Source: Alphaproteobacteria bacterium (GTDB lineage Bacteria; Pseudomonadota; Alphaproteobacteria; JAJFFI01). From it: 64,000 bases of DNA. The stretch spans positions 346-64,345 of the forward strand of contig JASJBI010000061.1 in NCBI GenBank assembly GCA_030066595.1, written 5' to 3'. Below, one piece after another: positions 52,552-61,220 of the stretch; positions within the stretch are counted from its first letter, which is position 1; every line of letters begins with the position of its first letter. The position numbers and the translations under genes are program-made. A model generated the notes under the pieces. The model ran no database searches. It was not told where the DNA came from and saw only the letters and a program-made list of their open reading frames with translations.

Positions 52552-54303
52552 TCAATCAGCCTTTTGCCGCCGGCTTTCATCGACGGCGGCCTGCTCTGCC
52601 TGGCGGCGCGCCTCGATAATGCGGCGCGCGGCCTGGTCGGGGACACCGACACCCATCAACACCATCTCGCCGAGCTGCAGGCTCGCTTCGACGGTCTCGG
52701 GGATCACGTGGCTCGCCCCTTGGGCGATCAGCCGCGCCCCGTGCGCGCGGTCGCGGGCGCGCGCGTAAATGACGAGATCCGGCCAGTGCCGGCGCGCGGT
52801 CTCGACCACCTGCTCCGCCGCATCCGGGCTGTCCATGGTCACCACCAGCGCCGCGGCCCGATCGACGCCGAACCGGCGCAACATGTCCGGATGGCTCGCG
52901 TCGCCGAAGAAGATCCCGGCACCGGCGGCGCGAAATCGCGCGACCAGGTCCGCATCCACGTCGAGCCCGATATAAGGCACGGTCTGGGAAGTCAGCACCG
53001 AGCCGAGCATCTGGCCGACGCGGCCATAGCCGACGAGGATGACATGCCCGGAAAGGCCGACCGGGATGTCGGTGTCGCGCTGGCCGCGGTCCGCTTCCCG
53101 CGTCTCGGCCGCGTGGGCCAAGCGGCGGGCCAAATGGGCCACCGGCGGCGTCGCGATCATCGTCAGGCCGGTGACGATCAGCATGAACTGGGCGGTGTCG
53201 TTGGGCATCAAGCCCAGCCCGAAGGCCATGCCGATGACGACGAAGGCGAACTCGCCGCCCTGGCCCAGCAGCAGGCCGGCTTCGAGCGCCACCGGGCGGG
53301 ACTCGCCGAATGCTCGCGCCAGGGCGTACACGATCGGGCTCTTGATCAGAAACAACCCGAAGACCGAGGCGATCAGCCACAGCGGTTTGGCGGCAACCTG
53401 GGTGATATCGATGCCCATGCCGACCGAGACGAAGAACAGGCCGAGCAGCAGGCCCTTGAACGGTTCGATGTCGACCCCGATTTCGTGCCGGTATTCGGTT
53501 TCGGCGAACAACAGCCCGGCGAGGAAGGCGCCCAACGGCATCGACAGGCCGACTTGTTCGGTGCCGAGCGCGGTGCCGGCGATCACCAGCAGAACGAAGG
53601 CCAGGAACATCTCGCGGCTGGCGGTGCTGCCGACGAAGCGGAAAGCCGGCCGGATCACCAGCCGGCCGATGGCCAGGATGGCGGCGACCGCGACCAGGGC
53701 CTGGCCGATCGCCCGGGCAAAGGCGACCAGCACCGAGGCTTCGGTTTGCGCCGCGAAGGCGCCGACCAGGAACAGGATCGGCAGCACCGCCAGGTCCTGG
53801 CACAGGAGGATGGCAAAGCTCGTGCGCCCCGTCGCCGTGCCCAGGCGGCGGTTCTCGGACAGCAACTGCATGACGATCGCGGTCGAGGACAGCGCGAAGG
53901 CGGCGCCGAGCACGACGGCGGCGGCCCAGGTGTTGTCGAACATCGAGGCGATGGCGGCGATCACCGCACCGGTCACGACGACCTGCGCGCCGCCCAGGCC
54001 GAAGACCCGGCGCCGCATCGCCCACAGCCGGTCGAGCGAGAGCGCGAGCCCGATCATGAACAGCAGGAACACGACGCCCAGTTCGGCCAGGGGGCGGACG
54101 CCGGCCGGGTCGGTGATCACGACATAGCGCAGCCACGGCAACGCGTCGGCAAAGCGCGCCACGCCGTGCGGCCCGATCGCCAGCCCGACGGTCAGAAAGC
54201 CGAACACCGGACTCATTCCCAGGCGACGGACCAGCGGTACGACGATGCCAGCCGCGACGAGAAAAACGATCACCTGGCGGAGATCAAGTGTCTCGACGTG
54301 CAT
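52552..54303 (-). CDS. Kef-type (CPA2) cation/H+ antiporter with TrkA-N domain
   Basis: AELGVVFLLFMIGL, LSSTAIV, LLCQDLAV, PFKGLLLGLFF, GQGGEFAF, GYGRVG and ETVEASLQL motifs. Confidence 0.95.
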   Translation of the reverse strand: MHVETLDLRQVIVFLVAAGIVVPLVRRLGMSPVFGFLTVGLAIGPHGVARFADALPWLRYVVITDPAGVRPLAELGVVFLLFMIGLALSLDRLWAMRRRVFGLGGAQVVVTGAVIAAIASMFDNTWAAAVVLGAAFALSSTAIVMQLLSENRRLGTATGRTSFAILLCQDLAVLPILFLVGAFAAQTEASVLVAFARAIGQALVAVAAILAIGRLVIRPAFRFVGSTASREMFLAFVLLVIAGTALGTEQVGLSMPLGAFLAGLLFAETEYRHEIGVDIEPFKGLLLGLFFVSVGMGIDITQVAAKPLWLIASVFGLFLIKSPIVYALARAFGESRPVALEAGLLLGQGGEFAFVVIGMAFGLGLMPNDTAQFMLIVTGLTMIATPPVAHLARRLAHAAETREADRGQRDTDIPVGLSGHVILVGYGRVGQMLGSVLTSQTVPYIGLDVDADLVARFRAAGAGIFFGDASHPDMLRRFGVDRAAALVVTMDSPDAAEQVVETARRHWPDLVIYARARDRAHGARLIAQGASHVIPETVEASLQLGEMVLMGVGVPDQAARRIIEARRQAEQAAVDESRRQKAD

Positions 54304-54372
54304 GAATTTTTCCGATCGTCCTCGGCCCCGTTCCGGTTTAACGCATCTCGGCGACCAAGAGAACGGGGGCAT
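54142..54372. repeat. Left (functional) copy of a ~231-bp diverged direct repeat (kef 5' end plus upstream DNA)
   Basis: Aligns with 55598-55828 at a constant offset of 1456 nt at both ends and at the start codons. Confidence 0.88.
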
Positions 54373-54574
54373 GCCGCTCAATGGGCTCTCCCATGCGACG
54401 GCTGCTCGGGGCCGTTGGTGGCTCGTGAAGCTGGCGACCGAATGCGGGCTTGCCGGCTAGACCGGTCGCTCGGCTGGCAAGGCGACGCCGCACGTCAAGC
54501 GACCGCATTGCGAGCCTGAGCGGCCGTCGGCGCGAGTGTCATTTGACGCTGCTTTGTAGCCAATCCCGGACGTT

Positions 54575-55468
54575 CTACTTCTTGGACTGCGCCGGAATGA
54601 CGTCGAACTTGCCCTCCGTACGCACGTAGATGATGCACGCATCGTCGGCTTCGCACGAAACCTGATGCACCGTCTCTCCCGTCGAGCCGAAATAGCTGCC
54701 CGGCTCCAGGTTGCTGACGTCAGACTCGCCCGACAGCTGGTGACTGGTTTGCCCCTGGATCACCACAGCGCGCAATGACGAGCCATTGCTGCGCAGTTCA
54801 CTGCTAAATCCGGCCGGCAGCTTGACAAATGTCCCGTTCAACTGACCGTCCTGCGGGTTCCCCCAGAGGAAGGCCATCTTTGGTCCGTCGGAAGAGGCCG
54901 GCGTTCCGGGTTGATCGACCCAGGTGGTGTCCGACGCGTCCAGCCAGACAATGTTCGATACGTCCACGTTGACTGGTCTTTCTTTATTCGCAAACGCCTT
55001 GTTTGCAGGAAGGACCCCGAATGCACCCTCAACCTCAATGTACGCCAAGGTGTTCCGGCCTTTGGCAGCGGTGATGTGCACTTCGCCGGCCGGTTGCGTC
55101 CAGAAGGACCCTTTCGGCATCCACATATCCACGGCTTTGGGATCATCGTTGTGAATGAGGCCGCTGATGACCACGCCACGGTAGGCAATGTTGTGAATAT
55201 GAGGTGGCGACCTGAAGCCATCCAACGGCTTAAGAAGAAAGCCCCCAGGACCACGGCCCGTGCGATCGCCCCAAAGGGTGCCAGCCTTTGGGCTTTTGTC
55301 GCCGCGGGCGGGGTTGAGCTGCTCCCACTTGACTTCGGACTTCGGGACAACCTTGGAGGTTGGCCCGGCATCGGGGTCCAAATCGGTGCTTTGGGCTGTG
55401 ACCTGCGCGCTGCCCATGGCGGTCATGGAGAGTGCAAGTGCAAGTGATGGAAGCGTCCTCATACTCAT
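54575..55468 (-). CDS. DUF4437 family exported cupin-like protein
   Basis: Signal peptide; [25 protein letters not shown] and [12 protein letters not shown] motifs; visibly lower GC than the core genes. Confidence 0.85.
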   Translation of the reverse strand: MSMRTLPSLALALSMTAMGSAQVTAQSTDLDPDAGPTSKVVPKSEVKWEQLNPARGDKSPKAGTLWGDRTGRGPGGFLLKPLDGFRSPPHIHNIAYRGVVISGLIHNDDPKAVDMWMPKGSFWTQPAGEVHITAAKGRNTLAYIEVEGAFGVLPANKAFANKERPVNVDVSNIVWLDASDTTWVDQPGTPASSDGPKMAFLWGNPQDGQLNGTFVKLPAGFSSELRSNGSSLRAVVIQGQTSHQLSGESDVSNLEPGSYFGSTGETVHQVSCEADDACIIYVRTEGKFDVIPAQSKK

Positions 55469-55561
55469 GACATTAAAGCCTTTTGACAGGCCGTGACGTA
55501 CGGGCATTTGACACGACAGGAGAAATTGCACAAGTACGCACAGTTTGGGCCCATAGGTGCA

Positions 55562-55759
55562 TTACGGGTCCTGTGGATCAGATCGATGGCACTTTGGCGC
55601 GTCGGCAAAGCGCGCCAACCCGTGCGGACCGATCGCCAGGCCGACGGTCAGAAACCCGAAGACCGGGCTCATGCCGAGGCGACGGACCAGCGGCGCAACG
55701 ATGCCGGCGGCGACGAGAAAGACGATCACCTGGCGTAGTTCAAGTGTCCCGACATCCAT
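55562..55759 (-). pseudogene. Truncated duplicate of the kef antiporter 5' end
   Basis: MDVGTLELRQVIVFLVAAGIVAPLVRRLGMSPVFGFLTVGLAIGPHGLARFADA matches Kef residues 1-54, then runs into unrelated sequence and a stop. Confidence 0.9.
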
Positions 55760-55990
55760 GAGTTCTTCCGATCGTCCTCGGACCTGCTCCGGTTTAGCTT
55801 ATCTCGGCGGCCGAAAGAACGGTGGCATCTCGTTCTCCAGAGCGCTATCCGAACGCAAGCGCGGAAGAGCCCGCAATCTGCCGGCCACGGTCCGCGACTT
55901 GTTCCCCCGGATTCCTTCGTTGCCGTCTAGAAGCAGCCGAGAGCGCCGATCAAGGACCGGTCAACGGCTGCAGAAGAGGACGCGCCGATG

Positions 55991-56080
55991 GGAGCTGATC
56001 GAGGCGCCGGTCGGGCTCCTCTTTACCAGCCCCAAGCGCGACGACATCATCCAGGTGCGGGATCCCTTCCAGGATTGAGC
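55991..56080 (+). pseudogene. Displaced, degenerate copy of the purA 3' end
   Basis: Encodes ELIEAPVGLLFTSPKRDDIIQVRDPFQD* versus [28 protein letters not shown] in purA. Confidence 0.9.
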
Positions 56081-56264
56081 CGCCCTACTCGGGCAGTTGG
56101 AGCCGCGCGAGGGCCAAATGCATTCCGCCCTGCGCCCAAGGGCGGACGCCAGGCTTTGGCGGCCCGAACTTCGGCTTGTCGCCAAGCCCAGGTCTTTCGA
56201 GGACTACCGAGCGACGATCAAGCAAACCCGGGTCGACGAAAATATGCGGCCAGCGGGTTTTCAG

Positions 56265-57221
56265 TCACTTGCTTCGCTCCAACAAGGCGTCGAGGTTGAC
56301 GAAGCATTGCGCCAGGCCTTCCTCCATCGGCGATTTGAGTACCGCGTCCCGTGCCTCGCGCGAAGAATACAAGATTGACGTGGTAACGATGGTCTCGCCT
56401 CTTGTTTCTTCAAAGATAGTGGTGACGACCGTTTCACCTCCCGTCCAATCTTCGTCAAACCGTTCCGTATGGACAATTCGTTCGGTGGGAACGATCTCGC
56501 GATAAAGGCCGCCTGCTCCCATCTCATGTCCGTCCGTCAGCCGCCATACGTATCGCCAGGCGCCGCCAACGCGGAAGTCCATTTCACAAATGGGCATCGT
56601 GTGACCCTCCGGTCCGGTCATCCATTGGCGGATCAGCTCCGGCTCTGCGTAAGCCCGCCATACCAGGTCGCGTGGCGCATTGAAGGTTCGCGACATGGTG
56701 ATTTCGCGGTCGGATGGCGTCGCCAGGACCAAAGAGCGGCTGCCGCCTTTGGGCGCGAGGGATCGCAAATGCCTGGCGACGGTGTCGAAAGCCCCGGACC
56801 ACCCGTCTTCATGCCCATCGCGGGACTCGAGAGACGAGAAACCCGTTTGACGAAAATGCATGGCGGTCTTTCCGGATTTCTCCTCCTTGAGGGTGACAGT
56901 CACCAGAGTCTCATGACCGAATTCTCCGGTTTCGTCCCTCCATGCATGGGTGAAAACGAGTCTGGTCGGGGCTTCAATCTCACGATACTCGCCGCCACAG
57001 ACGTGCTCTGCGCCTTCTGGAGAGCGCATTCTTGTCAGCCAGCGCCCGTTCGGTCGAAGGTCGCCTTCGACGTGCGTGACGACGAATCCGGAAGGGCAGA
57101 TCCATTTCTGAAGATGGCTGGGATCCGTCCAGACCTGCCAGACCAGGTGCAACTCCGCATCGAAGATGCGCCTGATCACCAGCTCCAGTTCCGCAGGCTG
57201 TTGTTCTGCTCCAATGCTCAT
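56265..57221 (-). CDS. Tandem SRPBCC/AHSA1-like double-domain protein
   Basis: Two domains, RIFDAELHLVWQVWTDP..GW and RTFNAPRDLVWRAYAEP..DFRVGG. Confidence 0.9.
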   Translation of the reverse strand: MSIGAEQQPAELELVIRRIFDAELHLVWQVWTDPSHLQKWICPSGFVVTHVEGDLRPNGRWLTRMRSPEGAEHVCGGEYREIEAPTRLVFTHAWRDETGEFGHETLVTVTLKEEKSGKTAMHFRQTGFSSLESRDGHEDGWSGAFDTVARHLRSLAPKGGSRSLVLATPSDREITMSRTFNAPRDLVWRAYAEPELIRQWMTGPEGHTMPICEMDFRVGGAWRYVWRLTDGHEMGAGGLYREIVPTERIVHTERFDEDWTGGETVVTTIFEETRGETIVTTSILYSSREARDAVLKSPMEEGLAQCFVNLDALLERSK

Positions 57222-57556
57222 TTGGGATCGTCCTTCCGTTTAAGCTCCGCCAAAACGTGATCGAGCTGATCGAAACGTTCTTCCCAAAACCGTCGATACA
57301 CGTTCAACCATTCCGTGGCTTCGGCCAGCGGCTGCGCCTCCAGGCGCACCGGTCGTTTCTGGGCGTCCCGACCGCGTGAAACGAGGCCAGCCTTTTCAAG
57401 CACTTTCAAATGCTTGGAAATCGCCGGTTGGCTCATGTCGAACGGTTCTGCCAACTCATTGACGGTGGCTTCCCCAAGTGTCAGGCGCGCCAGAATCGCT
57501 CTGCGCGTGGGATCGGCAAGTGCCGCAAAAGTGGAATTCAGGTGGGTTGTATGCAT
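57218..57556 (-). CDS. ArsR/SmtB family regulator
   Basis: FAALADPTRRAILARL, SQPAISKHLKVLE and RRFWEERFDQLD motifs. Confidence 0.93.
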   Translation of the reverse strand: MHTTHLNSTFAALADPTRRAILARLTLGEATVNELAEPFDMSQPAISKHLKVLEKAGLVSRGRDAQKRPVRLEAQPLAEATEWLNVYRRFWEERFDQLDHVLAELKRKDDPK

Positions 57557-57557
57557 A

Positions 57558-57618
57558 TTTATAACCAATCATTTATATAACTGGTTGTTTATATAAAGGC
57601 TGTTTTGCTGCGTGTCAA
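57558..57618 (-). promoter_or_regulatory. sigma70 promoter and AT-rich repeated operator of the arsR-SRPBCC operon
   Basis: TTGACA-N17-TATATA on the minus strand; repeated TTTATA(TA)A units between the -10 box and the ATG. Confidence 0.6.
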
Positions 57619-57841
57619 CAGAGATCCCGAGGGCTGCTGAAAATCAAACCCGGCCGTTCGCTCACCCGGTTCCTTTGATCCCCGAGGGCCGGTGAGCGCA
57701 CAACGCGACGATCCGCGACGGAACAAATCGAACTCGTGAGGCCTTGGCGACACAGCGGCACTTCGCGCGATTGTGTACCAATCGCCGCAACGGGACGCAT
57801 ATATAACGGTGGGTTCGGAGAATGGAGGGTGGGGACAGCCC

Positions 57842-58888
57842 ATGGTCCACAACCCACGCCTGCTGGCGCTCGCCACCGCCGTGCCGCCGCATGTCTTCAA
57901 CCAACGGGACGTGATGGAGGCGGTGCACATCGAATGGATCGGGCCCGGCGAGAACATGGAGCGCCTCTTGCCCGTGTTCGACAACGCGGGCATCGACACG
58001 CGGCACTCCTGCATCCCCATGGACTGGCTGCGCGAGGACCGGAACTGGCCCGACCGCAGCGCCGCCTATGTCGAGGGCGCGGTCGAGCTCTTGGAGCGCA
58101 CCGCGCTGGACTGCCTGGCGCAGGCCGGGCTCGCCGTCGACGAGATCGACGCCATCGTCACCGTCTCGACCACGGGCGTCACCACGCCCAGCCTGGACGC
58201 GCTTCTGGTCGAACGCCTCGGCATGCGCCGCAACATCACGCGCCTGCCGATCTTCGGGCTCGGCTGCGCCGGCGGGGTTCTCGGCCTCGGGCGGGCCGCG
58301 GCGCTGGCCCAAGCCATGCCGGGCGCCCGCGTGCTGTTGCTGGTGGTCGAGCTCTGCGTCCTGACCTTCCGCAAGGGCGACAAGTCCAAGAGCAACATCA
58401 TCGCCACCGCGCTCTTCGGCGACGGCGCGGCGGGCGCGATCCTGAACTGCGCCGGCGAGGGGCCGAGCCTGGTCTCCTGGGGCGAGCACACCTGGCCGGG
58501 CTCGCTCGACGTGATGGGCTGGCGGATCGAGCCGGACGGCTTCGGCGTCCTGTTCTCGCGCGACATCCCCGAGCTGATCCGGACCCAGTTCCGCCCGGCG
58601 CTGGACGGCTATCTCACCGATGCCGCCCATGCGCTCGCCGACTATGACGCCTTCGTCTGCCACCCCGGCGGCACCAAGGTGGTGGCCGCGCTCGAGGAGA
58701 CCCTGGAACTGCAGACCGGCAGCATGACCCATGCGCGCACGGTCCTGCGCGACTACGGCAACATGTCCGCCGCGACCGTGTTCTTCGTGCTCGAGCGCAC
58801 CCTCGAGGCCGGCAGCCGCGGGCGGCATTTGCTGTCGGCCCTGGGGCCCGGCTTCTCCGCGGGCTTTCTCACCATGGACGTGCCGTGA
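57842..58888 (+). CDS. Type III polyketide synthase (chalcone synthase-like)
   Basis: Catalytic Cys (GLGCAGG), His (HPGG) and Asn (YGNMS); ALFGDGA and LGPGF motifs. Confidence 0.95.
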   Translation: MVHNPRLLALATAVPPHVFNQRDVMEAVHIEWIGPGENMERLLPVFDNAGIDTRHSCIPMDWLREDRNWPDRSAAYVEGAVELLERTALDCLAQAGLAVDEIDAIVTVSTTGVTTPSLDALLVERLGMRRNITRLPIFGLGCAGGVLGLGRAAALAQAMPGARVLLLVVELCVLTFRKGDKSKSNIIATALFGDGAAGAILNCAGEGPSLVSWGEHTWPGSLDVMGWRIEPDGFGVLFSRDIPELIRTQFRPALDGYLTDAAHALADYDAFVCHPGGTKVVAALEETLELQTGSMTHARTVLRDYGNMSAATVFFVLERTLEAGSRGRHLLSALGPGFSAGFLTMDVP

Positions 58889-59403
58889 GCCTGGGTCTGA
58901 GCTGGGGCTTCGCCGACTGGATCGTGTTGCTGGTCGCGGTCCAGCGGCTCTGCGAGCTGGCCTATTCCCGGCGCAACGCCCAGCGGCTGATCGCCGAAGG
59001 CGGCTACGAGGTCGGCGCCGGCCACTACCCGGTACTGATCGCCATCCATGTGGGCTGGCTCGTCGCCATGAGCCTGCTGATCCCCGCGGACGCGCCGATC
59101 TTCTGGTGGCTGCTCGCCCTCTACGCGTTCCTGCAGGTGGCGCGTTACTGGGTGATCGGCAGCCTGGGGCGCTATTGGACGACCCGCATCATCACCCTGC
59201 CCACGGCACCCCTGGTCACGCGCGGCCCCTACCGCTATGTGCGCCACCCGAACTATCTGGTCCTGGTCGGCGAGCTGGCGGTCCTGCCGCTGGCCTTCGG
59301 CGCCTGGGAGATCGCGCTGGTGTTCTCGGTGCTGAACGCCGGCATCCTCTGGCACCGCATCCGCATTGAAGAGCAGGCGCTCGACCCGCGGGCGGCCGAG
59401 TAG
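58885..59403 (+). CDS. Isoprenylcysteine carboxyl methyltransferase (ICMT) family protein, SrsB/BpsB-like
   Basis: QRLCEL..SRRN, SLGRYWTTRII, GPYRYVRHPNY and RIRIEEQAL motifs; translationally coupled to the PKS. Confidence 0.93.
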   Translation: MSLGLSWGFADWIVLLVAVQRLCELAYSRRNAQRLIAEGGYEVGAGHYPVLIAIHVGWLVAMSLLIPADAPIFWWLLALYAFLQVARYWVIGSLGRYWTTRIITLPTAPLVTRGPYRYVRHPNYLVLVGELAVLPLAFGAWEIALVFSVLNAGILWHRIRIEEQALDPRAAE

Positions 59404-59468
59404 GGCCATTTACGCCAAGAATTTGCTGAAACGACCCGGGCCGCGCCCTGCGTCCTTCGACGGCCGCG

Positions 59469-59550
59469 CTTCATCCTTCGAGACGCCGCCTTCATCCTGA
59501 GGAGGCCTGAAAGGCCGTCTCGAAGGAGAAGGCGGCTCCTCAGGATGAAG
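59469..59550. repeat. Nested REP-like palindromic element
   Basis: Outer TCCTTCGAGACGCCGCCTTC...GAAGGCGGCTCCTCAGGATGA with an inverted inner copy TCATCCTGAGGAGGCCTGAAAGGCCGTCTCGAAGGA at 59492-59527. Confidence 0.8.
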
Positions 59551-59610
59551 TGGTTCGTTCAGGCTGAAGAAGCCCTGTGCCTCCGGTCGCTGATTGCGCA
59601 CTTGCCGCTC

Positions 59611-60078
59611 TCAGTAACCGAGACGGACAACGACCTCGGTGGCCGGGTCCGTCACCTCGACGAGGGCGTCTTCGAAGTCGGGCGGGCCGAGGAAGCCCCG
59701 GGCCGTATTGCTGAAACCGTAGCCTTCGACCGGCACGCCGAGGAAGTTCCGGTCGAGCCGGCCATCCGAATTGGCGTCGTGGAACACGATCACCGCGTAG
59801 CGGCCCGGCGGGAGGTCATTGAAGGTAACGTTACGGCCGCGTGCCGCCGCCTTGAGCGCCGCCCCCGCCAGGCGGTCGCGATCCTTAATGAAGCCGTCCG
59901 GCCGGTCGTACAGCTCGAGCGCCCGGTCGAAACCCGGCTCGCTGTCGTAAACCCCGATCATGAGCACGCCGTCGGTCGATTGGACGCCCTCGATGCGCAG
60001 CCGGAGGTCCGCGGCGGCCGCCTGCACCGCCCAGAAGAGAGCCGCCGCCAAAACCGCGGTCGGCCCGGTCATGCGCAT
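59611..60078 (-). CDS. DUF2141 family exported protein
   Basis: Signal peptide; PGRYAVIVFHDANSDGRLDRNFLGVPVEGYGFSN and GPPDFEDA motifs. Confidence 0.9.
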   Translation of the reverse strand: MRMTGPTAVLAAALFWAVQAAAADLRLRIEGVQSTDGVLMIGVYDSEPGFDRALELYDRPDGFIKDRDRLAGAALKAAARGRNVTFNDLPPGRYAVIVFHDANSDGRLDRNFLGVPVEGYGFSNTARGFLGPPDFEDALVEVTDPATEVVVRLGY

Positions 60079-60152
60079 GGGCGAACGTCCGGGCAAAGCA
60101 AAGCCGGACCCATACGAGGCCCGGCTTGCTGATACAGCATGGAGACGTCCCG

Positions 60153-61055
60153 CTAGGAGGCCGCTTCGGTCTCCAGGTGGCGTTCCACGACCTGGTTCTT
60201 CATCGCCTTCTGCAGCTTCTCGAAGGCGCGCACCTCGATCTGGCGCACCCGCTCGCGGGAGATGCCGTATTCCTGGCTCAACTCCTCGAGCGTCGTGGGG
60301 TCGTCCTTGAGGCGGCGCTCGGTCAGGATGTGGCGCTCGCGCTGGTTCAGGCCCTTCATCGCCTTGGTCAACATCTCGCGCCGGTCGCTGAGCTCCTGCT
60401 GGTCGGCGATCTGGATCTCGTGGCTCTCGCTCTCGTCGACCAGCCAGTCCTGCCACTCGCCCTCGCTCTCGGTCCTGAGCGGCGCGTTCAGGGAGTGGTC
60501 GGGCGCGGCGAGCCGGGCGTTCATGGACACAACGTCCGCCTCGGGCACGTTCAGCTCGGTCGCGATTTTGGTGACGTTCTCGGGCGAGAGATCGCCTTCC
60601 TCGAAGGCCTGCAGCTTGCCCTTGAGCTTGCGCAGGTTGAAGAACAGCTTCTTCTGGGCCGCGGTGGTGCCCATCTTGACCAGCGACCAGGAATGCAGGA
60701 TGTACTCCTGGATCGAGGCCCGGATCCACCACATGGCATAGGTGGCCAGACGGAAGCCGCGGTCCGGATCGAAGCGCTTGACCGCCTGCATCATGCCGAC
60801 ATTGCCTTCGGAGATGAGCTCGGCCAGGGGCAGGCCGTAGCCGCGATAGCCCATGGCGATCTTCGCCACCAGGCGGAGATGGCTGGTGACCAGCTTGTGC
60901 GCCGCCTCGATATCGCCGTGCTCGCGCCAGCGCTTGGCCAGCATGAACTCTTCCTCGGGCTCGAGCATGGGGAACTTGCGGATCTCCTGGAGATACCGCG
61001 ACAGATTCCCTTCCGGCGTCAGAGTCGGAATTGCGGGCATGACATCTGTGGTCAT
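60153..61055 (-). CDS. rpoH: RNA polymerase sigma factor RpoH (sigma32)
   Basis: SHLRLVAKIAMGYRGYG, RpoH box QKKLFFNLRK and SRERVRQIE motifs; downstream of rluD. Confidence 0.97.
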   Translation of the reverse strand: MTTDVMPAIPTLTPEGNLSRYLQEIRKFPMLEPEEEFMLAKRWREHGDIEAAHKLVTSHLRLVAKIAMGYRGYGLPLAELISEGNVGMMQAVKRFDPDRGFRLATYAMWWIRASIQEYILHSWSLVKMGTTAAQKKLFFNLRKLKGKLQAFEEGDLSPENVTKIATELNVPEADVVSMNARLAAPDHSLNAPLRTESEGEWQDWLVDESESHEIQIADQQELSDRREMLTKAMKGLNQRERHILTERRLKDDPTTLEELSQEYGISRERVRQIEVRAFEKLQKAMKNQVVERHLETEAAS

Positions 61056-61220
61056 ACGTTTACTGCTCCTTTTCCCCCGCTCTTGCGTTGGCGGCACATC
61101 ACCCTTGCCATCGGCCCTGTCATTGGCGCCCATGGTCTCTCACTGCCGAGATATGAGGTGAGATCGGAATGTGACCATACCTTATATAAGGATACATGAA
61201 GGGTTAAAAAAGAGCAAACT

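Noticed and set aside
55525..55570. AAGTACGCAC...GGTGC resembling an HxlR-type operator upstream of DUF4437
   Set aside because: The similarity is from memory only and no cognate regulator gene is adjacent.
59611..60732. Apparent 373-aa ORF overlapping rpoH
   Set aside because: Only the last ~155 codons (DUF2141 with signal peptide) look real; the rest is an open off-frame overlap with rpoH.
61056..61220. sigmaE-dependent (rpoH2-type) promoter for rpoH
   Set aside because: There is no correctly spaced TGATC-N17-CGTA, and rluD-rpoH synteny points to the primary heat-shock rpoH.
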